From positions 2,244-66,243 of the forward strand of contig JBMSEL010000005.1 of the NCBI GenBank assembly GCA_049412325.1: a stretch of 64,000 nucleotides of DNA, read 5' to 3'. The notes beneath the pieces are model-generated. The model saw only the letters and a list, made by a program, of their open reading frames with translations. It was not told the DNA's origin and ran no database searches. The position numbers and the translations under genes are program-made. The DNA comes from Poseidonia sp. GTDB taxonomy: Archaea; Thermoplasmatota; Poseidoniia; Poseidoniales; Poseidoniaceae. Shown here piece by piece: positions 37,101 to 44,623 of the stretch (positions are counted from its first letter, which is position 1; each line of letters opens with the position of its first letter).

Positions 37101-37198
37101 CTTTTCCCAGCAATGGCTTCAAGCCGTTGATTACCGGTGGACACGGACTTCTCAGGAGCATCAGAGGAGGGTTTCGTTGCCTCGTTTTCTGAGCCCAC
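34157..37198 (-). CDS. RND-superfamily (MMPL-type) exporter
   Basis: Two 6-TM bundles, each preceded by a large extracytoplasmic domain. Bundle signatures LALGVSYGLHITNRYAEE and VGVGVDFSIHIANRIRE. Confidence 0.8.
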   Translation of the reverse strand: MGSENEATKPSSDAPEKSVSTGNQRLEAIAGKSRAVREQLVGQMKTIDSKRTIDAVLEAPKRFKREWQKTGATGAITRFPIPTVLVFLLLTAYFVSQSGFLDNTRFDDDLNNPALNVNGDLEVYLPDGSQVAELIGKVEEDWSTNVMVVYIESTKGNNITNQRILQEISYVERLLNPQLSDDSDDVIYILSLSTVLKEVNSSAPRIREAIVTEVGELGCSSNPEDNCPSREFANELNEAFALTDEQFGGSYEIPSQTTIDLVIGEMYTDEGQPSAGMNKLARDIEGGEDGGPDGVLDRAIMAIAVTEDRPAKEIIADTQEILDTISKLERACEFEDNGEPDESEGMCTWDDLGLSMVLTGPVPITNAVTEFSFKLFWDIFPNAVVLVAIGLFIFHSDLLQAGITGMRPLQGFKVVVIAGLPTLCAVFWTLGLIGATNYEVTMTVIIVGPILLALGVSYGLHITNRYAEEEGSKDEKMRASLTSTGRAVFLSAVTTVIGFISLVFTPMAPIQTVGIALSAGIVIVYILTMFMVPNLTLILDLKKPKHPPLKAFDVLVDIPVKRNKGVLGFFVLMILLSATIGQANVEENIDLLGMAPETESPVVKMKQYSSEFEAGQVGMILVNANVSGDFNDADQSNDDPVEILQKIDNLEAKLNTVENTTAVSVVFLMKSSGVQVTVTGQDVNELLQLVPCAGNQQCEDVKTTADVLLNQSQSLDASFWDLLNDPDAFGLPASQQSQIFLLDVFYASLTKETREIFVSEDFSRSLIYVDMPFIPVADTAKSVDSVNEMAATFQGRYGETAEDLTGVAATAIEVNELIVGSQWTSLGFAIILTLITLAVVFRDIRYSIWTTSPVIATVALQWLVMWQMDVPLSLVTVMIGSILVGVGVDFSIHIANRIRELGGGIQAIRTAAVGTGMSLFEAAVVTSLGMYTAYDIPIPEITPFITVILILLWVAAASALVLLPAIFVTLEKMGIGAVSGGNNMAKKLGLIRTNVQSDDVMEAALVDDVVDAW

Positions 37199-37351
37199 GC
37201 CACCACCTCAACACTTGCGAGGCAGGAGTCCTTCAAAGCCTTACCTTCCTTGCGAGCCAAAACCAAAACGATTCCAATCAACGCCGACGGGTTGAAATGA
37301 TGTCCCACATCCGCAGAGTTGGACCCACCTCATTGACCGAGGCGGGGCCAG

Positions 37352-39853
37352 GTGAGGCACATGCCAGCCCCGAAACTTCCAGAAAAGCGATGGTCCATTG
37401 ACCTTGAGAAATCCATCCAAGAAGCCCACTATGCCGATGAGGAGGCTTACAGCGGGCGATACGCCTTCAACCCAGACAGCGGGAAAGAATTGTTCGTCAT
37501 CGACACTCCCCCTCCCTACCCCTCCGGCACTTGGCACATCGGTGCTGTGGCCCAATACTCGATGATCGACGTCCTCGCTCGGAGTCAGCGTCTCTTGGGC
37601 AAAGAAGTCTACTTCCCTTGGGGCGTTGACCGGAACGGCATCAACATCGAATTCACCGTCGAGAAGAACACCAAACGCAAAATGAAATCTTACGACCGAG
37701 AGGAATTCCTCAAACTTTGTGAAACCACCATTGAATCGTTCACACAAGCGATGCGGAGCACAGCCAAGCGTGTGGGCCTCTCGTGTGATTATTCGCGGGA
37801 ATACTTGACGGATGCTCCAGACTATCGAAGCGTGACCCAGTCAATTTTCGTTGACCTGTTCAAAAAAGGTGACATCGTAGAGGACCTTCGGCCCAACATC
37901 TACGACCCCGTGGAGGGCACCACCATTGCGGATGCTGAGGTTGAACGTCTTCCTCGAAAAACCAAGCTGGTTGACGTCAGATGGACCTGCGAGGACGGAA
38001 CGGAACTCGTCATCTCCACCACTCGTCCTGAGTTGATTTGTGCTTGTGGCGTTGTGGTCGTTCATCCCGATGACGAACGTTACCACCACCTCGTCGGCCA
38101 GCAAATCAGCCTCCCGCTGGAAACCCATGGGCGCACCATCAGCGTCGAAATTCAACAACATCCGTCGGTCAAATCTGACTTCGGAACCGGTGTCCTGATG
38201 GTGTGTTCCTTCGGCGACCAAAACGACGTGGCGGTGTTCAGAGAACTTGGCCTCACGCCCTTCCAAGCCATCGACCTTGACGGTGCCATGACCGAGGTGG
38301 CAGGTCCTTTACAAGGACTGTCCGTGCTCGACGCCCGTGCCAAAGCCATAGAACTCCTCGAACAATCCGGACGCCTTGTTCAAGCCGTGGAACGAGACCA
38401 AGACATTCCCGTTTCTGAACGAGGAAAAAATCCGGTCGAAATCATCTTGCTGAAGGAATGGTACGTGCGCCAGACCCACATCCAAGACCGAATGCGAGAG
38501 CACATTGAATCCATCCGTTTCCATCCCGTGAGAAACCGGCAATTTTTACTTGATTGGATGGACAACATCAGCATTGATTGGCCCATCAGTAGGCGCCGAT
38601 GGTACCATACAGAAATTCCAATTTGGTACAGCGAAGATGCGACCAGAGTGATCGTACCCCCTGCGGGGACGTACGTTCAACCATGGAAGGACAGCCCCCC
38701 CGTTGGGAGCCGAGTACTCGACCGAGAGAGCCGGGAGGACCTTGGAGCATTTGAGGACATCAAAGAAACGCTCGGCGCAATCGTCGGCGAGGAAAAGGTG
38801 TTTGACACATGGATGGATTCATCGAACTCCAACCTCTTCGTCAGCGGTTTTCTCAACCACCCTGAAGTGTTTCAAAAGGCCTTCCCGACGGCCCTGCGGC
38901 CACAAGGCAAAGAAATTGTGAGAACATGGTTGTATTACACCCTCCTCAAATCCACGCTGGTGCTGGATCAACCCGGTTTCCAGCATGTATGGATCGATGG
39001 ACTCGGCATGGACCCTTGGGGCAGAAAGATGAGCAAGTCTTTGGGCAACGGCATTGATGCTGATTCTGTGCTCGAGTGTGGCGCAGGTGGTCGAACCGGT
39101 TCATGGCAAGTCAAGGGACCAGATGGTTCGGTTAAACTTCGTGCGAACAAGATTGGCAGCGAATGTTTCCGACTTTGGAAGGCATGCGACGCCCAAGTCG
39201 GGGATGATTTTCACATCAATCCCGAGGACATCGAAAAGAAGTATTTTGGCGTGCTCACCAAGTTGTTCAACGTGGCTCGTTTCGCTTCGCAATTTGATGT
39301 ACCAGAGGATTTGAACACGCCTCCTGAAGAACTCGAACCAGAAGACACCTGGATTTTGGCGGAGTTCCAACAGACGATGAGCCAAGTGCAACAAGCATGG
39401 GAGAACCTCGACATTTACACAGCAACCCAAGCGCTCAAAACATTCGGCACAGGGTTGCTGCCAAGTCATTACCTTGAGATGGTGAAATCTCGACTCTACG
39501 ATGAGGACAAGGCGGCTGCGTGGACACTGCACCGAATGGTTCGTGATTTCATGTCCGCCTTTAGCCCTGTATGCCCCTTCTTTACGCATCACATCAGCAG
39601 CACCGTCTACGGCTCGTCAGCCGTGGACGTCGATGTCTTCCCCGAACCACCGCTAGCGGCCGTTGGTTTTGGAACGGAAGAGGGAACACGACTCTGTGGG
39701 CTTTCAACCAGCCTTCAAGACTTCAACGGGAAAACATGGGCTGTGAAGAAAGAACAAGGCATCTCACTGAACCAACCCATTTCAGGCATTCAGGTCCCGG
39801 AAGAACTGGGTGAATTCGCAGCTACGCTCACACGAATGCATCAACTCTCGTGA
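37352..39853 (+). CDS. valS: valine--tRNA ligase (class Ia aaRS)
   Basis: IDTPPPYPSGTWHIG (HIGH region) and KMSKSLGN. At 833 aa with DTWMDSS, it fits the archaeal ValRS type better than Ile/LeuRS. Confidence 0.8.
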   Translation: MRHMPAPKLPEKRWSIDLEKSIQEAHYADEEAYSGRYAFNPDSGKELFVIDTPPPYPSGTWHIGAVAQYSMIDVLARSQRLLGKEVYFPWGVDRNGINIEFTVEKNTKRKMKSYDREEFLKLCETTIESFTQAMRSTAKRVGLSCDYSREYLTDAPDYRSVTQSIFVDLFKKGDIVEDLRPNIYDPVEGTTIADAEVERLPRKTKLVDVRWTCEDGTELVISTTRPELICACGVVVVHPDDERYHHLVGQQISLPLETHGRTISVEIQQHPSVKSDFGTGVLMVCSFGDQNDVAVFRELGLTPFQAIDLDGAMTEVAGPLQGLSVLDARAKAIELLEQSGRLVQAVERDQDIPVSERGKNPVEIILLKEWYVRQTHIQDRMREHIESIRFHPVRNRQFLLDWMDNISIDWPISRRRWYHTEIPIWYSEDATRVIVPPAGTYVQPWKDSPPVGSRVLDRESREDLGAFEDIKETLGAIVGEEKVFDTWMDSSNSNLFVSGFLNHPEVFQKAFPTALRPQGKEIVRTWLYYTLLKSTLVLDQPGFQHVWIDGLGMDPWGRKMSKSLGNGIDADSVLECGAGGRTGSWQVKGPDGSVKLRANKIGSECFRLWKACDAQVGDDFHINPEDIEKKYFGVLTKLFNVARFASQFDVPEDLNTPPEELEPEDTWILAEFQQTMSQVQQAWENLDIYTATQALKTFGTGLLPSHYLEMVKSRLYDEDKAAAWTLHRMVRDFMSAFSPVCPFFTHHISSTVYGSSAVDVDVFPEPPLAAVGFGTEEGTRLCGLSTSLQDFNGKTWAVKKEQGISLNQPISGIQVPEELGEFAATLTRMHQLS

Positions 39854-39854
39854 G

Positions 39855-40985
39855 TTATTCTTCTCCGAAGAGTGTGGTTTGGCGGGATGGTGGCATCTCC
39901 AATTGACCCAATCGAAAGCCGATCAACCGGACCCGACTTTCAGGTCGGATGTTGGTCGCAAAGAGTTGCTTCGCCAAGCGTTTGAACACAGCCTCATCGT
40001 CCATGGCAACAGGGATACTCCGCCCGCTCGTGTGCGTCTCAAAGCCAGTGTAGCGAATTTTCACCTCACCCAAGCGGCCGGAAACGCCGAGATTGCGAGC
40101 TCGTTCCATCACCAAATCCACGAGCGTATCCAACCTCGCAAGCACATCCTCGTGGTCGTCAAGATCCTGCTCAAACGTGTGCTCCTTCCCGATGGATTTC
40201 CTGCTGCGAAGCGGACTGACCACCGCACTGCTTTCACCTTCGACCACTCGCATGAACCAGGTCGCGAACCGGTCTCCTGCCAAACGTGCCAGGGAGAGTT
40301 CACCTAACGCATACAATTCATCTGCCGTGGTGTAGCCCCACTCTGCCAGTTGCGTTGCACGCTTGGGCCCGATACCGGGGACGTCCCTGAGGGAACGGCC
40401 CTCAAAAAACGATGAAACTTCATCGGGCATCACGCGATGAATCCCGTTGGGTTTGTTCACTTCACTCGACATTTTCGCGACAATGCGTGTCGGCCCGATG
40501 CCAAAGGAAGCGGTTAGGTTCACCCGTTTTTTGATCTCCCGCTGCAGTTGATTCGCCAGGGCCAAGGCTGCATCCCAATCTCCACCAACGGTTTCTGTCA
40601 CGTCCATGTAGGCTTCATCGATGCTGGCTTTTTCAAACAGGACCGCAGGTTCTCGCAGACATGCCATGACTTTTCGACTCGCTCGACTGTACAGACCCCG
40701 CGTACCACGGATGTAGATGGCTGGTCCGAACGGGGCAGCAGGGCAACGTCGCCACGCTTCTGAGACGGGCATGGCGGACCGTATGCCAAATGTCCGTGCT
40801 GCGTAATTGCATGTGGAAACAATACCCCGTCCACGACCTTGCTTTGGGTCCGAACCAATGATGAGGGGGACCTCGCTGTCGAAGCCATGGTGGAGCGTTT
40901 CCACCGCCGCAAAGAACGCATCGAGGTCACAATGAATCAACACGCGAGGCCCCTCTGCCTCAACGGCCATCGACTCCTCAACCAC
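39855..40985 (-). CDS. dinB: Y-family DNA polymerase IV (DinB/Dpo4-like)
   Basis: VLIHCDLDAFFAAVE, STCNYAARTFGIRSAMP, SIDEAYMDVT, and LRDVPGIGPK. Confidence 0.9.
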   Translation of the reverse strand: MVEESMAVEAEGPRVLIHCDLDAFFAAVETLHHGFDSEVPLIIGSDPKQGRGRGIVSTCNYAARTFGIRSAMPVSEAWRRCPAAPFGPAIYIRGTRGLYSRASRKVMACLREPAVLFEKASIDEAYMDVTETVGGDWDAALALANQLQREIKKRVNLTASFGIGPTRIVAKMSSEVNKPNGIHRVMPDEVSSFFEGRSLRDVPGIGPKRATQLAEWGYTTADELYALGELSLARLAGDRFATWFMRVVEGESSAVVSPLRSRKSIGKEHTFEQDLDDHEDVLARLDTLVDLVMERARNLGVSGRLGEVKIRYTGFETHTSGRSIPVAMDDEAVFKRLAKQLFATNIRPESRVRLIGFRLGQLEMPPSRQTTLFGEE

Positions 40986-41044
40986 GATGATACAAACACG
41001 CCAGCGGTGTTTGAACTTGATGTGTGTTCAGTTCAAGTTGAGGG

Positions 41045-41872
41045 GTGTTCACAAGCATAGATGACCTCCGAGAGCGACCTTCGATGATTGACATGAAGCG
41101 AGATCTTGGCACCACTGTGGGAAGGAACATCGGACTTGTGCGGCGCACACAGGGCATTGACCCATCCCAAATTCAACCGCAAGCGGGTCAACTGTACCAC
41201 CTCAGCGGACCGGGGCGTTCGGGCAAGAGCATGCGTTGTATTGCCGAGCATTGGGTTGCCCACGCATTGGCTCAAGGACAAACTGTCCACTGGGTGGACG
41301 GTGCTTGCAGAATCGACCCTGCACGGTTCATTCCACTTCTCGAAGCGATGGGGGCCAAGGTTGAACCGTGCCTGTCACGGCTCTATCTCAGTCGAGGATT
41401 CACGCTGCATCAACTCGACCGGCAACTGGAACGGCTACCCGATGAATTGGCCATCACACGTTCACCAATGGTGGTGGTGGACGGGTTGTTGGCCATGCAC
41501 GGCGACGACGCCATCTCTTCGCTGGAATCACGCACCCTTCTTCGACGGCACGTGAAGATCCTGCAAAATCTCGCCCACCAACATCACGCAGCCGTCGTCG
41601 CCATCACCGGGCTCGACCACGGCCCATCTGAAAGTGCACGCCATGTGAAGCATGTGAGGCGCCATTCGCAAAATCACCTTGAAGGCGCATGGCGGGGTCG
41701 ACGGCGGCAACGGTTGCTGCATGTCGTTCATCGACGAAGTGGCCTCCAAGGTGCTTGGCAGCCCTTCCATCGAGACCCACAGACTGCTTTTTTACTCCCG
41801 AAACGACGACTCAATCGTCAAGAGGTGGCTTCATCGGTTGGGGTTCTTGCGTTGCATCATACTGAGTCGTGA
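41045..41872 (+). CDS. RecA-superfamily ATPase, RadB-like, with Arg/His-rich C-terminal tail
   Basis: GTG start 59 nt from the dinB ATG. Walker A LSGPGRSGKS, then VHWVDGACRIDPARF and the Walker B-like strand MVVVDGLLAMHG. Its 3' end overlaps the polB 3' end by 62 nt. Confidence 0.65.
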   Translation: MFTSIDDLRERPSMIDMKRDLGTTVGRNIGLVRRTQGIDPSQIQPQAGQLYHLSGPGRSGKSMRCIAEHWVAHALAQGQTVHWVDGACRIDPARFIPLLEAMGAKVEPCLSRLYLSRGFTLHQLDRQLERLPDELAITRSPMVVVDGLLAMHGDDAISSLESRTLLRRHVKILQNLAHQHHAAVVAITGLDHGPSESARHVKHVRRHSQNHLEGAWRGRRRQRLLHVVHRRSGLQGAWQPFHRDPQTAFLLPKRRLNRQEVASSVGVLALHHTES

Positions 41873-44324
41873 ACGCAAATAACGTGGGTTGTCGACCGTC
41901 GTTTCGCAGTTGGTCCGTGGTCCAACCAAATGGAGCGAGGAGCGCCCAAATGGCACGTTCTGCCAATTCAGCGTAGTGTTCGACACACGCATGAACACCG
42001 TCCGGCAACGAATCCAATTCTTCTGCAAGAACCACGCGGTCGAGCAAGGCATGTGAATCACGGTTCATGACCACGTAGCGAACTTTTCCTCCAGCAGGGA
42101 CCTCGTACCCGCGTTCGTTGGCTCGCATGAGGGCGGCGTAGGTCACGTTCTTGACGCGATAGTCACTCAGTGAGCGGCTGGTTCGGCGGGTGATCACCAG
42201 TTCACTCAGCGGAATTTCGCCCTGTTCCAACCGCTGGAGTTCACACCTGTAGTGATTCAAGACAGTGCGCTGCGTTTCAAACGAGGGAAGCCCCTCCTTG
42301 CGTTGACCTGCTGCGAGGTATTCCAATCCAACGCGCTGCAACCGTTGAATCCAGATTGGCGTCGAATGTTGTCGCATCTCAATCCCGCGGACTTTGAACG
42401 AATCGCCATCATACGCCCAGTACTTTGTCAATGAACCGGACCCGTGGACCCGGCTAGGAAGAAACGCAATGAACTCGTAGTGCGCCTCGAACTCGAGAGG
42501 AATACCGACCTGTTCAGAGATGCGGGAAGCAAACGCCTCGGCGTCCACCCGTTGCTGGTGCTTCGTTCGCCCTTGCGTATCCGAAAGCCAAACGCAGTCG
42601 ACGATGGCATGGAGGACATCCCATCCGTCCTTTTGGGCCTCTTCAATGGTGGTCAATAAGAGGTCTCGAGACCACGCACAAATCGCTTCATGCGCTTCAA
42701 TCCGACCAAACCGGGCGTTTCGATAACCGGTATAACCAAAACACGTGACCAGCAGCCACTTGAGTGCGTTTTGTCGCAGGTCAAAGGCGTCGCCTTTCTG
42801 TTGACGTTGATGCTTCAATTCACATCGTCGCTCGATGATGGGTGCCACGACACGCCCGAGAAAACCGTGCGTTCTCCCACACGTGTGCATGTTGAGCCCC
42901 GGTACGGCAAGGGCTTTCTCGTGAGCGAGTGGGAAAAGACCATGTCCGAAACGAGCGTGAACCGACCGTTGCCGAAATTCGTTGGCGGCTTGTTCTGGAT
43001 GGAGCGGCACAATGCCTCGCATGGATGCCGAAGTCGGTGGTTGACAGCACGAACAATTCAGGGTCTCAGGCGAGATGTTCCGTGTGGCGATGATGCTCGG
43101 AAACAGGCTCGCAAAATCAAGTTCAATCACCGATGCATGGACGCCAGGGCGACTGTCAAGGTACAGGCCTCCTCGGTCGGCTTGTAAGAGATCCAGTGCC
43201 GATTTCGTGTCTTCGGGACGATTTTTCTTCCAAGGTACGAGCACACCGTCGTCCATGGCCACGCGCATTTGAATGGCACTGATCACCGAGCCCGGAGAAA
43301 GTCGGGAGATGATTTGAGCCGATTGACGCGAGTGCTGAGCGAGCTCGAAAAGACCGGAAAGACCTCCTTCGCTCACGATGAAACTGTTCTTGAGATCGAT
43401 GTGGAGGCGGCCGTTGAGAAAAAAGGCTCCGTGGCGATGCCGAGTTTGGCCGTAGGAGTGGACCGTGCGTTGGTTGGTCGTTTGCTGAAGCGATTCCGAT
43501 GTTCGCCCCAACACCATCGGCTGACCGTGAAGCATCCCTTGCTCAACCAACCATGGAAACCAGCGCTGATCACCCCCCTCCGTGAGAAGAATGTCCGGAT
43601 CCATCGCATCATACGCTGCCTGAACAGCGACCAACATGGACGCCATGGAACCATGTTCAGAACGTCTGATGGTCAATGAACGAAGTGGCTGTCGCGGTGA
43701 AATACCGGGCTCGTGAACTGTTTCCAAACGAAACCACTCCACGGTGTCATGGAGGGTCGGTAGCCCTTGGCCAGAGGTGCGTTTCACGGCCATTTTGACA
43801 ACGTGAAACGGAGGGTAGACCTCACTTTTTGAGTGGTTTGAGCACATTGACAAACGCGTTGACTCATCAGCGGACCACCGTACTCGACCAAAGGGTATGC
43901 ATTCGTGGTCGTTGAGGAATCGCTGGGCTAAGTGCGCGTCGACAGAATAGAGTTTGAAACGGTGAAAATCCCCCCGTGCTTCAATGTGTTCAGCCAGTCC
44001 ACGAACATGCTGGAACGACTGGAGACCGACTTCAAGAACATCGCTTTGGCCATCGGCTTCCAAATCCAAACGCGCTCGCGTCATGTGAGGTTGGTTGAGG
44101 GTGAAACGCTGCTGAATTTCAGGCTGTTCGAGCCAGTGCTCCAACCGGTTGAGGTCGGTATGCGATGCGTGAACATGGATCACCGGTTGCCATGGAACTG
44201 CACACGCATGGGCGAGACCGTCGTCGTCAATCACCCAGGCTGTCATACCGGTGTTGTCCTTGTTCGCATGAACGTCAAGAAGCCATCCTTCAATCATCGC
44301 CATGCCGTTCCTCAAGGACTTCAA
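41811..44324 (-). CDS. polB: family B DNA polymerase with degenerate 3'-5' exonuclease motifs and altered motif C (PolB2-like)
   Basis: Motif A LDFASLFPSIIATRNISPETL, motif B region RQNALKWLLVTCFGYTGY, and motif C position LHAIVDCVW. Exo I/II positions read VVKMAV and GGDQRWFPWL. Likely start at ATG 44303 or 44297 (MAMIEGW). Confidence 0.85.
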   Translation of the reverse strand: MKSLRNGMAMIEGWLLDVHANKDNTGMTAWVIDDDGLAHACAVPWQPVIHVHASHTDLNRLEHWLEQPEIQQRFTLNQPHMTRARLDLEADGQSDVLEVGLQSFQHVRGLAEHIEARGDFHRFKLYSVDAHLAQRFLNDHECIPFGRVRWSADESTRLSMCSNHSKSEVYPPFHVVKMAVKRTSGQGLPTLHDTVEWFRLETVHEPGISPRQPLRSLTIRRSEHGSMASMLVAVQAAYDAMDPDILLTEGGDQRWFPWLVEQGMLHGQPMVLGRTSESLQQTTNQRTVHSYGQTRHRHGAFFLNGRLHIDLKNSFIVSEGGLSGLFELAQHSRQSAQIISRLSPGSVISAIQMRVAMDDGVLVPWKKNRPEDTKSALDLLQADRGGLYLDSRPGVHASVIELDFASLFPSIIATRNISPETLNCSCCQPPTSASMRGIVPLHPEQAANEFRQRSVHARFGHGLFPLAHEKALAVPGLNMHTCGRTHGFLGRVVAPIIERRCELKHQRQQKGDAFDLRQNALKWLLVTCFGYTGYRNARFGRIEAHEAICAWSRDLLLTTIEEAQKDGWDVLHAIVDCVWLSDTQGRTKHQQRVDAEAFASRISEQVGIPLEFEAHYEFIAFLPSRVHGSGSLTKYWAYDGDSFKVRGIEMRQHSTPIWIQRLQRVGLEYLAAGQRKEGLPSFETQRTVLNHYRCELQRLEQGEIPLSELVITRRTSRSLSDYRVKNVTYAALMRANERGYEVPAGGKVRYVVMNRDSHALLDRVVLAEELDSLPDGVHACVEHYAELAERAIWALLAPFGWTTDQLRNDGRQPTLFAFTTQYDATQEPQPMKPPLDD

Positions 44325-44532
44325 GCCGGGCAGAAAGCCGCGTCAGTTCGGACATCAATCCGACCAGCATGCTGAGCACGGCTGGCTGCCATGTGTTCAA
44401 CGTCGGAAGAAGACCTCCAGCGGTCCTTCGCTCGCGCACTTCGTTAAGCAAGGCATCAAACGCCTCGCGATCACTCGGATTCAAGGCGCGACGGTACGGG
44501 GCCAAGTTCTGCAGTTCACTCTCAACACGCAT
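44290..44532 (-). CDS. small conserved-looking hypothetical protein translationally coupled to polB
   Basis: MRVESELQNLAPYRRALNPSDREAFDALLNEVRERR... Its stop (gat gat tga) overlaps the polB atg att gaa. The track ORF extends to 44637, but that would overlap the serA-like 3' end. Confidence 0.5.
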   Translation of the reverse strand: MRVESELQNLAPYRRALNPSDREAFDALLNEVRERRTAGGLLPTLNTWQPAVLSMLVGLMSELTRLSARLEVLEERHGDD

Positions 44533-44623
44533 TCGCCATGACGGTACACTTCGACCCATACCAGCGTGTGGGCCAAGAAGCAAGGGATGCTTATCCGAGA
44601 CCCAGTTGTTGAAAGTGAAAGTG

